NCBI GenBank assembly: GCA_040954595.2
Contig: CM082577.2
Coordinates: forward strand, 14,887,903-14,951,902
Length of the DNA stretch: 64,000 nt
DNA from: Balanoglossus misakiensis
Lineage: Eukaryota > Animalia > Hemichordata
Direction of reading: 5' to 3'
In this document: piece after piece, positions 49,216-63,230 of the stretch
How positions within the stretch are numbered: the stretch's first letter is position 1
Layout: every line of letters begins with the position of its first letter
Notes under the pieces: generated by a model
Database searches by the model: none
Seen by the model: only the letters and a program-made list of their open reading frames with translations
What the model was told of the DNA's origin: nothing
Translations under genes and position numbers: made by a program

Positions 49216-52200
49216 GGACATGTGACCCACAGCAGGTTAGAAAAGGGGACAAATCACATTTTTGGGGGACAATATATCAGGACAGGATTCTCCCTGGGAA
49301 AAATCATAGAGTCAGGGCTAATTTCCATAAAATTTACATAATCATAGCCTCTTTTGGACATCACTATGTCCCCTCAACATCGATATAAATTATTTTATAT
49401 TATAGCTTTATCAGTACCAGTGAATATTTTGACGTCATAGCTGTACATTATTACTGATAATGTATCGTGTTATGACGTGGACGCCCGACACACTCAAGAA
49501 CCAGCCGGACTGAATAACGGAGCTTTCAAACAATTCGAATATATTAAGGACTAAAAAGAAATGCAAACGTACACAGAATAAATACGGCGATATTTATTAA
49601 TTTCAAATCTGACCTCGACTGGCGATTTGTTTATTATTTTCTTCCTAATGCGGCACTACATGTCATCTGCTCTTGAATCACGCGCAGTAAACATGGCTCG
49701 CTCATGCACGTAAAGCAAACCTCTCGATGATGTTGGATTTGACATTCGTTCACCATACATACTGTGTATCATGTACCAGGCAGTCATGTCAATGAAGCTA
49801 TATGTAAAAAGTTATGCCGCAATTGTCACTGTCATGTTGTCTACGCGGTATGGAGGGTTCATCGAGGGAGTGTTTGTTTATGTATTGCAACCTTCTGAGC
49901 GCCCGTATAGTGAACTTTCCTGAGAACGCAAACAAATGCAAATATTGCCCAAGTCCACACCAAGATTTCACAAAAAATCGAAATTTTTCAGATATATTTC
50001 AGCAGAACCCATTATTTATTTCCTGATGTTTGAATATGATACTAGAAATGTACAGAACATGGATTGACCGCAATCAGCTGATCTTTGGTTTATGCCATTC
50101 CTCTGTTTTTGTATCTGTGCCCGAGTCTGAGTTTGCCTGTTTTTTGGGGTGAAAAAAAGATCAACATTCAGGATTAGATTAAAGGCACATGAGCTGCAAC
50201 TGGATGAAAATTTTAAGTTTTAAATAATCCCATTATGTGTATTAAATGATATTTCATAATAGTATATCAAGATCACTTATTTATGACAAAATGGCCAAAA
50301 GTTAAAGAAAATTGAAAATTCCTGCAATATTGTGATCAAAAATGAAAATGTAATGTCTCAGCGGAGTACATTTACTTCCATAATTGCAGTGGATGAGGTC
50401 ATGCTTTGTTTATGAAATTTCATAGTCGGAAATGCAATGTTTTCCTTGTTCTTGCATTTTTCCATGGTGGCAGCCATATTCCAGAGCTGCCTTGCTTCTA
50501 GGGTGATTCAAGCCGTGGAAGGTGTGAAATCACTCAGTTGTGTTCACTAATTATCAAAAATTGAAAGGGAGTAGCTAGTTATAGTGAAAGTGAAGGCGGA
50601 CTCAAAGCAAAAGTACGGGAGGTGACAATCAGTCATATTGTTGCTCACTCAGTCAGAATGTGTCACAGTGATGGTGGCAGCCATATTCCTTTGCGGCAAA
50701 GTTTACTGGCCCTGGGCCGCTGTTAATTTTATAAGCCTGTGCAGACGCGCAGACACATGGCATGACCTCCAAAAAAAGTTGCTTCATCTTTTATCATGTT
50801 TAGCTAAGTTGTTACAATGTGCGTACGCTCAGAGCGTTGCTTGTGTTACTAGGCTATTGATGCTATTTACAGGACGCCTGTCTGAAGATAACTTGTGCAC
50901 TGAATGAAATGGCAGCGCACTGCTCTTGACAGCGTGCAGAGCTGCCTTGCTTCTAGGGTGATTCAAGCCGTGGAAGGTGTGAAATCACTCAATTGTGTTC
51001 ACTAATTATCAAAAATTGAAAGGGAGTAGCTAGTTATAATGAAAGTGAAGGCGGACTCGAAGCAAAAGTATGGGAGGTGACAATCAGTCATATTGTTGCT
51101 CACTCAGTCAGAATGTGTCACAGTGACCCATGAAGATTTAGGCTGCATTCACAAACACCTCTGGAGGGGGGGGCGGGAGAATTCAATTTTTTTTACCGTT
51201 AATTTTCACATGCCCCCCTCAACAACCCGAAAAATTTTCAAATCCCCCCCTTCCGAACTGCTAAAATTTTCAAATCCCCCCCCCCCATTTTCTTTCACAG
51301 AGCAAAACACATCACCTATCTATCTTGTAAAAAAGAAAAACAGCGCTCCCATGAAAAGAATTTGAAACTGATGTTTCCCCTCATCAGTGGGTATTCAAAC
51401 TGAACATTGTTTTTATTTTTTAAGTATCTGTATTCTGTGTTGGGAGACATTGTAAACCAATAATTGAAGGGGGTGGGTTTGGGAGGGGGTGTCCCCCTCC
51501 CACGTAAGAAAATTTTACAAAATACAGAGCTCAAAGCTGCATTTTAATGAACCTGGCAAAAGCAAATTAACTCAACTACCGGTATGTTGGGGAGGACAAA
51601 TTTAACCGCCGCCGCTCAAAGTTATCATGGGATGGGGGCAAGTCCCCTGACCTGGGACACTAGATAAACCAGTCAATGATTGAAAGGTGTTGATAAATGG
51701 AGGGGGTGGGTGTGGGAGGGGGTGTCCCCCTCCCACATTAGAAAATTTTGTAAAATAAAGGGCGCGAAACTGCATTTTTGTGGACTCAAAATAAATAATT
51801 AGTCGTCAAAGTTTTCAAGTCCCCCCCTTTCAGTCCCTAAATTATTTCAAATCCCCCCCCTTACATACCCTCAATTTTTTCAAATCCCCCCCCTCAATTC
51901 TCCCGCCCCCCCCTCCAGAGGTGTTTGTGAATGCAGCCTTATTTTGTTGTGACAATCCAATATTTATTGCATCAAATGTCGCAAGGCTGTACGCAAGCTG
52001 AAACACTGTATATTGTTTTATTTTACTTCTATCATTTGTGATTTTAGATAGTATTAGTGTTTAAACAGAGAGAGCACCTATTTTGGATTCTAAGCCACCC
52101 TTTTGTTTTTCCAACTTATTATCTGAAACTTCCTCCTTTTTATTAAAACTTTACAAAGCAAAGCGGATAGTTCTGATAGACAGACAAAAACTACTTGTAT

Positions 52201-54155
52201 GATAAAATTCAATACTGTTACCAAGTGATGGAATGTCTTGCTTGTGTCTAGAAATTACATATTATCACAGTCTACTGGTTAGGACCTTGCAGGCCTACAG
52301 ATATTCGGATGACTGCTTTCAGGACAGTTACACTTGAACATTGCAGCCTTCTATTGCAATAACTAACTTTAACCCCAATCTAACCTCTAACATTAACCTC
52401 TAACCACTAACCTAAATAGCACGCAGGAATGTCCACGTTTTCTGTCCTTGAAGTTGATACCCTCGAATATTTGGCAAAAGTTAGTTTACCTTTATGCTTA
52501 AACAAAAGTACCAATTTGTATGACTGCCTACCAAATATGCTCTCTTTCAGTGTTTCAGCTAGCGTGCAGCCTTGCGACATTCGACGCAATAAATGTTGGA
52601 TTGTCGCAACAAAATAATCTTTATGGGTCACTGTGACGCATTCTGACTGAGTGAGCAACAATATGACTGCTTGTCACCTCCCGTACTTTTGCTTTGCGTC
52701 TGCCTTTGCTTTTACTGTAACTTTCTCCTGCCTTTCAAGTTTTGATAATCAGTGAACACAACTGAGTGATTTCACACCTTCCACAGCTTGAATCACCCAA
52801 GAAGCAACGCAGCTCTGCACGCTGTCAAGAGCAGTGCGCTGCCATTTCATTCAGTGCACAAGTTATCTTCAGACAGGCGTCCTGTAAATAGCATCAATAG
52901 CCTAGTAACACAAGCAACCCACTGAGCGTACGCGCATTGTAACAACTCAGCTGAACTTGACAAATGATGTAGCAACTTTTGTTGGAGGTCATGCCATGTG
53001 TCTGCACGTCTGCACAGGCTTATAAAATTAACAGCAGCCGAGGGCCGGTAATAATTGCACAGGGCAGGTAAATTTCTTAGTCAACTGCCCTGATTTATGC
53101 CAACTTTGATACGGGAAACTTTTAAATACTTTGCACTATTTGACTTTGTTTAGAATATTGATGGGTATGATTGCAAAAAAATTAGTATCAAAACAATTAA
53201 TCTGATCCTGAATGTTGATCATTTTCCAACCCAAAAAACAATACACGATAACATTTCTTCACCAATGGCAGTATATCATATTAAACACAAAATCTGAGAT
53301 GTCTTAGGATATGTCCAATTTCTAAAAATACATACATGTAGTAGGATGTAAAAGACAACTCGCACTGAAAACTTGCAGTGTTTCATTGAGGACACCGGTG
53401 AATTAGGCGTTCTATTCTGGGAAACAATCAAACAAGTAAATAAACAAACAAACAAAATGACGTCATGATAAACAACGCGGTATCTTGAATTAAGCCACCC
53501 GCTCGTGCGATAGAGCAGCTGACACAAGAAGTGACTTGTGTCAAAGGTCCCATCCGTATGCTACTAGCAAGTAAATTGGTATATCGAAGGACGGTGTCCA
53601 ACTCCCACTTGAAAACTGCTCGACACAGTTGAATATTCACTGTTTTTTAGCCTCTAAATGTCTGCCATCTTCAAAATTTCTACCCCATTTTAAAACATCA
53701 ATAGACAGGCTATCATATCAGCATCGATTTATCTGTCTCTCTTACCACTGGTTGTTGCTAGCACGTAAAAAATATGACAACATCACAGTTTTTGAGGCGC
53801 ATAGCAAGTCGTGGGAACATCAGGGTGTTTTATTGGAGCGGACTTCGTAACCCCAGGTCACCCAAGATACAAATTTCAAATACTTTCACTAGTAATTGTA
53901 TATCACTAGGCCTACTTTACACTGCGTATAAAAAAGACAATATTCTTTGTTAGTAAGTACGATGTGCCAATGTCAGCATACTTGATAAGTAATGGTCGCG
54001 GTAAAATTTGTCCAAAAGAAGCTATGATTATGCAAATTGTATGGAAATTAGCCCCGACTCTATGATTTTTCCCAGGGAGAGCCCTGTCCTGAATTGTCCC
54101 CCGAAAATGTGATCTAGCTGTCCCCCTTTCTAACCTGCTGCGGGTCACAATGTCC
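49216..54155. repeat. Three concentric pairs of inverted repeats (nested fold-back elements)
   Basis: 49216-49360/54009-54155; 50140-50181/53197-53238; 50708-52008 (minus the MITE)/52548-53046. Confidence 0.8.
51141..51938. mobile_element. PIF/Harbinger-type MITE, copy 1
   Basis: TTA|GGCTGCATTCACAAACACCTCTGGAGGGGGG ... CCCCCCTCCAGAGGTGTTTGTGAATGCAGCC|TTA. Empty site in the inverted arm at ~52612-52620. Confidence 0.92.
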
Positions 54156-55640
54156 CCATGCTTTCAAAAGCTGGCTGGACTTTGATGTGTCAAACTTCTT
54201 TCAACAAAAGGGAACATGTAGCCAGGCCAAAGACAGCACATATTTTGTAAGAACTGTTATTATGGTTATTATCAAACATTTGGTGCATTTCTGTTTCAAG
54301 GCTGAAGTAGTGAGAATTAATACTTGTTCATGGGTTGTCACACTCTTTAAGTACCACTATTTTCATATTCATGGATGAAATTTTCATAAAATGTATGATC
54401 TCCAACGATGCATCACGGGGACAATATTTTACAACTTTTCTGCTAGTTTATTTTATCGGATCATCGAAGGCTTCCTTTCATTACAGGTACTACTCTCATG
54501 GGCATGTTGCATATTTGCTGCGTTTTTATCACCAAGCTTTTCAAATTCTTCTATTGATGCATTGATATCGGGGGGACAACTTGGTTATTGTTGCAAATCC
54601 CATGGTTTAGATCCCCCAAGGCACCGGCTATTCTTGGTTTTTGAATGAAACTGGTTTTCCCTCTGGGCCCTCTAAGTCAGTTATGCATGTGCAATTCATT
54701 GTTAATGACATTGCCTCTGCTGGATTGACAGTTGCAGGGGTTAATCATAGCACCTCACAAATGACCTACAAGACTGACAAATTGGTTGAAGACGTGGAGA
54801 AATTCACGCAAAGTGAATACTGCTGGGAGCTGTATTGAATCACACTGTAGACAGACACATTTCACAATACCATCCAATATGCTATGGCATCAACATTCAA
54901 TCATAAGGTTAAACATTCAGTCTGCATTTGTACTTTCCACCTTGTTGTAAGAGCTGCTCACTTTGCTTGACATCTCTTGCTTTTGCTGTATTTGCCTGAA
55001 TGGCAAATCTGTTTGAAATCTATTATTTTATCTTTGACTGTAATCATTTATCTTGTTTGAATACTTTTTTTAGTTTATATGCAATTTTTCTGACCTTTAC
55101 TCAGTGTTTGTAGTTTGAGTTTATTCCGCAACATCTTTTTTAAACGCAAGCTGTGAGTTTTCTCAAGAAGATACGAGTAAGAGTTCGAAAAGCGAAAAAA
55201 AAATTCCTGACCAGAACACTGGCGTAGCTTGTTAACTCGATCACTGCAATACAATACATGGATGGGAAAGTTTTTCATGTAACTTTTGTTTCATAAGAAA
55301 AGAAACTACTTTGCACCTTGTCTTTCAAGTGCAACCTCCAATGAAAAGTTACAATGAATCGTTAATGGATCATGCAAATGCCTGTTGATCTCTGACCTAT
55401 TTGAAACTCAAGTAACATGTGTGGACACAAGATTTTGAAGTCGCTGATAAGAAATGTAACCCACTTTCGATAATCCAAAAAACAGTGCCCTAACCATGGA
55501 ACATGAGGACCCGGCTTTGTAATTTCCTCGGGGTGCCTCAAGTATATTTGTTTTTGAAATGACTCTGAAATGCCCCAACCTGTCTTGGCCAAAACTGCAG
55601 ACCCCCCCCCTCTCCTCAGTAATACCCATTTTGATACACC

Positions 55641-55641
55641 A

Positions 55642-55716
<75 letters not shown>

Positions 55717-55785
55717 CGTCCGTCCGTCCGTCCGTCCGTCCGTCCGTCCGTCTGTCTGTTGTCTGTCTGAGTGAGTGAGTGAGTG
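55641..55785. repeat. Compound microsatellite (GTCT)n(GTCC)n(GAGT)n
   Basis: Directly visible. Confidence 0.95.
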
Positions 55786-57437
55786 CATGTATTTGTCCAA
55801 ACATTTGAATAGTTTAGTAAGTTAGTTTATACTTGGTTAGTTAGTTAGTTAGTTAAGTAGTTAGTCAGTTCTTAGTTAATTAGTATAAGTAAAGTAGTTA
55901 ATTAATTAGGCTTTTTTAATTAGTTTAGGTAGCATAGGTTTAGTTAGCATACATTTATTTACTTAGTTTATTTACTCAGTGTATATATTTTATTATTTAG
56001 TTCAATGCAGATGTGTACACTAATTATTAAAAAAAAAAAAAAAAATGTGTGGTCTTATATGTCTGCACCGACTGGATGGATAATATGAATTGGTTGCTGT
56101 AACGGGGCTTTCATTTATTCTGAGGGGTGGAGCCACAAGAAATTGGGGGTCAATCAGTCAGATCTCTCCCAGCAGCAGAAAGCTTAATAAGTGTTACCCT
56201 CCCTCTATATTAGTCCAAATTTGTATAATGTAACCCTCACATAAAGGGGTATGTTAAATTTAGATGCAAGTATGCCACCTCAGCTTGGCTGTATCAAACT
56301 GTACCCAAAGTGCTTCAATGTGACTCTATCTCTAGTCCTCATTTGTATAATTTAAGTCTCCCATGAAGGACTATGTTAAATTTCCACCAGCTTGGTCACA
56401 CAAATCCTACCTTAGTATAAAAGGTTGTCTATGGTTTTTACCCATGTCAAGAAACAGGAATACAGAGGTAATTGACCAAACAATACAATTCGGACTTCAT
56501 AATTGTATAATTCAAGGCCAGCAGGTATAAAATTCTGAGTTCTCGCTAAGCAGGGCCATCAGACATCTGGTCAGCTACTTTGCAGAACAGGTCACCTATT
56601 CTTTCTCTATCAACAATGCACCATGCCATTCTATGTCTAAGTTTGTCAATCAACCAAGTGAAAAACAAGAATTCAACCCTTTTTTTCATTGCAAATTAAC
56701 CTCAACATTTGAAGTCAATGTCAGAGCAAATGTAGAGTCGAAGGTCCGATCACCACATTATGACTTTGTGATGATCGATGCGGGACTGTGGTGGCTGGCA
56801 ACATAGTACAAGTTGCAAGATCAAGAATGCTTATTAGAGTTTCGAGACCAGACGTTTCTCGAAACCCTCTTAAAATATTTTTTTTCTAATTTCTTAAACA
56901 ACAACTATTTAAAGACTGTTGCACCCAATGACTTGAAATTTGGCTCATGGGTAAAACTCAAAATGTGTATTTTTTTATCACGTCACTATGCCAACATGTC
57001 ACATGACCTGGCGTCCATCTTGGGTTTAAACTTTAAAATTGATCTCATTTGTATAAATAATGATGTATCAAAATTCTGTTAACAAACTTTGTGGACCATA
57101 TGGCAAGGGTCCTATAAGTCAAATTTCAGTGTCCAAGTCCCTGTTGATTTAAAGCATTATTTTCCATATTTTTCATGACCATTGGACCCAGCCATTGGCC
57201 TATACATGTACTTTCCGTGGTTAAGCTATGGCCACCTAGGATTTTTGATTTATGCCCAATATCTCAAAATCTGCTGGGCCAATCAAGTTCAAATTTGGTG
57301 TGCAGCTATAGCCTACCTTACGACAATTCATTCCTGCATCATCAGTACCTTTAGGATCTACTCTTGACTGAACGTAGGGGAGTAGATGAGACAAAATCAA
57401 ACCTTCCAAACATTTCATTATGAGGGATGTTGCTTAA

Positions 57438-58212
57438 GGCTGCATTCACAAACACCTCTGGAGGGGGGGACGGGAGAATTCAATTTTTTTACCGTTAATT
57501 TTCACATGCCCCCCTCAACAACCCGAAATATTTTCAAATCCCCCCCTTCCGAACTGCTAAAATTTTCAAATCCCCCCCCCATTTTCTTTCACACAGCAAA
57601 ACACATCACCTATCTATCTTGTAAAAAAAGAAAAACAGCGCTCCCATGAAAAGAACTTGAAACTGATGTACCCCCTCACTGAACATTGTTTTTATTTTTA
57701 ATTAAGTACTTGTATTCTGTGTTGGGAGACATTGTAAACCAAGAATTGAAGGGGGTGGGAGGGGGTGTCCCCCTCCTACGTAAGAAAATTTTATAAATTA
57801 CAGAGCTCAAAGCTGCATTTTAATGAACCCGGCAAAAGCAAATTAACTCAACTACCGGTATGTTGGGGAGGACAAATTTAACCGTCGCCACTCAAAGTTA
57901 TCATGGGGTGGGGGCAAATCCCCTGACCTGGAACACTAGACAAACCAGTCAATGATTGAAAGGTGCTGATGAATGGAGGGGGTGGGTGTGGGAGGGGGTG
58001 TCCCCCTCCCACATTAGAAAATTTTGTAAAATAAAGGGCGCGAAACTGCATTTTTGTGGACTCAAAATAAATATTTAGTCGTCAAAGTTTTCAAGTCCCC
58101 CCCTTTCAGTCCCTAAATTTTTTCAAATCCCCCCCTTACATACCCTAAATTTTTTCAAATCCCCCCCTCAATTCTCCTGCCCCCCCCTCCAGAGGTGTTT
58201 GTGAATGCAGCC
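57438..58212. mobile_element. PIF/Harbinger-type MITE, copy 2
   Basis: Same TIRs as 51141-51938, TSD TAA, near-identical interior. Confidence 0.92.
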
Positions 58213-60103
58213 TAAGCTCTGAAGAAAAGTGGTTCAATTGTTGAAGTCTTCCAAATTTTGAGTATAGTGTCTGTATCAATAGCGCACGCTGAAACAAATT
58301 CTGAAACACGGGGCCTTATAGTCCATCCATGCACACCTTCAGCACACGACCAGTTATACCATCTGGGCCAGGGGCTTTCCATGGTTTCATACACTTTGTG
58401 TTGTCGCACTACATCACATACAGTACAGTGATGACTGCGTCATTCTAGCATGGAGGTGGACAGGAGGACAGCCTCCTATCACACTCTTTAGAGAAGTCCT
58501 GCTTGTCCAAACCTTGTATAAAATATGTTAAGATCAGAAGCCAATGATTTTGAATCTGAAGGAGATAAAACTGCATGTACACTGCTTTGACTGGACACTT
58601 TTTCAAATATTGAAAAGCTTTCCTCATTTGTCACATGATTTCATGGCACAATAGACAATAATTTACAGTTGTGCTTGTTTGTGCTCCGTAAGGCATTTTG
58701 TTTTGGGACTAAGTGATAGATCTGATCCTGCCCACCCAGCACTCATGTGAATCAAAACTAAGTGTAAAATTTTCCACTCATGCGGTGATTGAAATGGCAT
58801 GGCATTTGACCTTACCCCCTCCTGCTCTTCCCCCTCCCCCCATTCTTGTGTCTGGATCGAGCCCTGATGGGCTAAGTTTTATAGCACACATTTACCGGTA
58901 ATGGTTTCGGTTGGGTTGACAGCAGAAGTACTCACTTGGCGATAATCAAAACTATTGTTTTCCTTGACTGTGTTTTCTTCCTTTGGAAATGACAATCATT
59001 GGATATGTAGAGACTTTTTATTTTCTTCTGTTCGAATCTGAGAAAGATGACTGCAAATTACTCCTTCCAATCTCATGCAGTCATCAGTGGTATCTACATA
59101 GTACCTCGTATTTTAAAGCTTTAACAGCTTCAAAACAGTTATGCCAACCAGACTGAAACTAATTTTACTTTCCGAACGTTCTTTTCACTGATTCTAATCT
59201 TATTACCAGATGGAAAAGGAAATGGGTTTGTTGGGGGGGGGGGGGGCGGTTAGAAATCCATGCATCGAACTGCACAAATTCCATTATCCCTGACCACAAC
59301 TGGGTATCATTGGCAAACATAATCATTTACTGGTACTTTATAATGGAATTCCAGCTGTGTAATGTAACACTCAATGGACAAGAATATACCTTTTTAAAAT
59401 GTGACCTTCACCTTCAATAATTTTGTAAAATGTCCCCTACCCCACTTTTGATCCCCCCATTTATTAACTGAACACTCCCTTAATCCAGGTTAGACATGGG
59501 TCTAGGTGCCAGTACATTGCTGGATAAATTCGGAATGTGATCAAAGAGACATGTACATCATCTGATCTGCATGGCATGTATACTTGTATTTTAACTTCCA
59601 AACCAAGCCAATCCTTGTAAGCCAATCATAGCACAAATTCATATTGTAAGCAAGCCTGTTTTAATTTATGCCATGTAACAAAATCCTTACCTTCAATTCA
59701 AGTGAATCCCCATGTAATAATTGGATAATAGATTGTAATTGTTTCAAACCCACACACGCATAGCATAGCATAGCATACAGTAGCTAAAATCACCAGTATT
59801 CTCGTACATGCAAGCACACTCAGTGCAATGTTTCCATTGCTCATCTGAGCTTCAGAGAACGTTGGGTACAACACTGTCCACTAGCAGTGTTACCATCTGA
59901 AAATAGAAAATCAGTTTGTATTTACAAGATTCAAAACCGTACTCAACTACTCAACTCAAATAGCAAAAAGTTTGCACACAAAGCCAATTTGAGAAATCTC
60001 CAACACAAAAACTTAATTATACATAAATATATGGGACAGTAACAGGAGTTGCATGATAGCTTGGCTACTCACAGAAAAATAACATAACTTATTGTCACAT
60101 TAA

Positions 60104-60749
60104 GGCCCCATGAGCTGCAACTCAATAAAAAATTTTTATGCTTTCAATACAGTTAAACCTGTGTATAGTGGCCGGTCAAGGGACTTTCATAAACCGGCCT
60201 TTAAAGACAGGAGGCCTTTAAAGACAGGTCAATTTAATGCACATGTAAATTGCACAGGGACTGTAACATAGTGGCCACTATATAGAGATGGTCACTAACA
60301 CAGGTTTGTCTGTACCTCCAATAATCTTGGAAATGCTTTTAATTCTGTCAACTGGAAATTGATAAATATAAAAAAAAATTCCGTGACTGAATTTTGTTTA
60401 AAAAATCGGATGTCCAGAAACTGCCTGCAGTGTGTGTTAGTTTGTTTACATGGCCTGTGTGTTAAAAATTCACACTTTCCAGATTTTTAACATACCTCTG
60501 TATGACTTTCTAGGGATTTTAATATCAATGTGCGCATACTACAGTAATTATCTACTCTTGCAATGGACAGTTGAAGAAATGGGTGTGGCACCTGTTGTAT
60601 TGTTTTAATGTTACATACCGGTATTTACATAGCCACAATCAGAGTTTGTTGATTTGTTTGTGTACACCCACCAGTAAACTTACACTAATAATTGAACCAT
60701 TCAGAAGTAAAATCATGAAAATATTTTTTTAATTGGCAGCTATTGGGGC
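60104..60749. mobile_element. Kolobok-like MITE
   Basis: TTAA|GGCCCCATGAGCTGCAA ... TTGGCAGCTATTGGGGC|TTAA. Confidence 0.65.
60150..60312. mobile_element. Small Tc1/mariner-type MITE nested in the previous element
   Basis: TA|CAGTTAAACCTGTG ... CACAGGTTTGTCTG|TA, with internal ggcc-tttaaagacagg repeats. Confidence 0.75.
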
Positions 60750-62497
60750 TTAAATTAATACCAGGTTCACACAGGGAAAATTCGAAATGTTTAAGAGAGA
60801 CAATATTTGCCTATGGTAAACACAGAGCATTAATCCTTTGATTAGCTACGTGTCCACATACACAAAGTTTATGTATAGATGCTGTGGCTCGGTCCCATAG
60901 ACAATGGGTTATGGAGAGGTGTTATTCTTTACACCGGCTGTGGTCTGGCTGGAGATGTTTCAGGACCACTTGAACTGTTAATAATTTATGCCAGTATTTG
61001 ATCTGAGACATTTTAGAAACATATTAATGGTCCCTATGTGACCCCCATATAAAATTGGCAGTTTAATCAGTAATGCTCTGAGAGTGAATCTGACAATAGA
61101 GAAAATTGTCATGTATCATTGTCATGGCTTTCCGGTGGAGTGCACATGGGATAGGCAATAGACTGGTTATGCATGAATGGATCACCAATTATGTATGAGG
61201 TGCATGTATATTTTATTCAAGACAAGAGTTTAAATGAATTTTGGACATTTTGTGCCATATCACACTGTTCACTGGCATGGACTGATAGAGTATGGGAGGA
61301 GGGGGTATTTCTTGGGCAAAATTTCCGCCATGGGTCAATGCATAACTGTAACAAGTTTAATGCTTTTAACCCAAAGTGCACGATTTTTTGGTTAACCATC
61401 CCACTAATAAACTTGATCACGTTGTTGGATCTAGCCATGCTAGATAGTGGGAATTGTAACAAAAATTACTTTGTATTTCAAAAGCATACTGAATTTGGCT
61501 TCATCCGATTTTCATTAAAAAAAACTGTTAGTTTGACATATTCAAATTGACGAAGGACCCTACTAATCAGTAAAGGCATATACATTTTTATAGTGATTCA
61601 TCCATAGACAAACAATTGGTGAAAATTGCTGACTCAGCAGATTTCTTCTATTATCGACTGAATTCGCAGCCTTATATTTCGAAAACAAGTGCGGTGACCC
61701 CTATATTTTATTACAGATTTTCATAAGGAATGAGATGATTACTGGAGGAAGGAAAGGGAGCAAGCATGTGTCTTTCTCTGCTTGGATGTCGTTCTTAACA
61801 GTAAATGATGCATATATTTTGTCTACATCAAATAATTATTGGAAACATACATCATAACACTGTTTTCTTTTTTTATATTTCAGGTATTTGAAGATTAGTT
61901 TCAGTAGTAGGGTATTACAAGATGTTCATAGCAACCAAAATGATCCATTAGCAGGAAGTAATTGCCAAACAGTGTACCCATAATAGTTTCAAGCCAAATA
62001 TCTAGCAATGCATTCAGACAATTGCCATCAGCCATGGACTCTATGCCAAGAACCTTTTCTGTGAGATGCATGTTAATAAGCACTTATACATTTATAGGAC
62101 TGTAACTCATGATAATCATACATTGCAGTGTCCAGGACTCATGACTTAGATGGAGCATTGATAGCAGACAAGATAGTGATGCCCAACAGGTAGTACATCT
62201 GCTCTAACAGCAACAACATTTATTTCATTTGATCACTTCAACTCTGTGGTCATAAAAAAACCCTGTGAAACTGCAGAATGTAAGGACCATGGACTGCCAT
62301 GAATTGCTGACTAGACATTCTTTTCTGTAAAACTGTTCGTCAGATAAGAATTTGTTTTAAAATTTAGTAGGCATGTTCCAAGGGGTAACCCAAGTAAGAT
62401 GTTGTAAAGCATTTAGTGAAATGTGCATATTTGTGCTTTTGCCACTTTTGAACCATTATTGTTTTCTTTGAAACAGGGCTCTTTGAAACTGCATTAA

Positions 62498-63230
62498 GGT
62501 GGCACTGCATGAAACCGTCGAGACTTTTTCAGAGGCCTATTTCTCATCAAAGACAAAGTTAAAACCCCCATAAACCATATATATTCTGGAAGCTGAGATT
62601 TTGAACTTTTGTTTGAGTTGCAAATATTATTGATCCCCGGAAATGGTGGCGATTTTGGGTGAAAAAACCCATTTTTTGATATTATGTCATGAAATTTAAA
62701 ATAGGTAAAAAAGTTGACCATGCATCATGCATCTTAATATGTCATTCGAAACTAGAGTACACTTGCAAAAAAACGCTAATTTTGTTTTGCGTTATCTGCT
62801 TCCATTGAGGAGTAACAGCGTTTAAAAGTTAGATTTTCAGAAAATTTGATCAAATTCACGGTGAGTTGTATTGAATCAGAGTTTATTCCCGCCAGGGACA
62901 CTTTATCGACAAACAAAACTAGCGTTTTGTTGGATGGGTCATACACAATTCCCTGTCAAAATTTGAGCAAATTCGGCCAACGCAGGGCGAAGCTATTTTA
63001 GTCCGAAGTTGTCAAAAGCAGCGAAAATGCAAACCGAGAAAAACGGCCATTTGCATTGTTGACACCTATTTGTTAAGCTGTGAACTCATTCAGAAAAGTG
63101 CTATTTTGGGGTGATTATGCACCATTTCCGCCAAGACGTATTAGTCAGGGTGTGGGTCAGTATAAGGCCTACCGATTTAAGTAAAAAAGTAAAATTTGGC
63201 AAAAATCACAACTTTTCATGCAATGCCACC
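62498..63230. mobile_element. Kolobok-like MITE
   Basis: TTAA|GGTGGCACTGCATGAAA ... TTTCATGCAATGCCACC|TTAA. Confidence 0.85.

Noticed and set aside
55408-55804. ORFs with TDGR/QTDR/VCLS repeats (similar ones at 23411-23653 and 39292-39713)
   Set aside because: They are translations of tetranucleotide microsatellites.
58445-59900. Minus-strand exon-like segments
   Set aside because: Splice-like signals are present, but no consistent reading frame or homology could be built.
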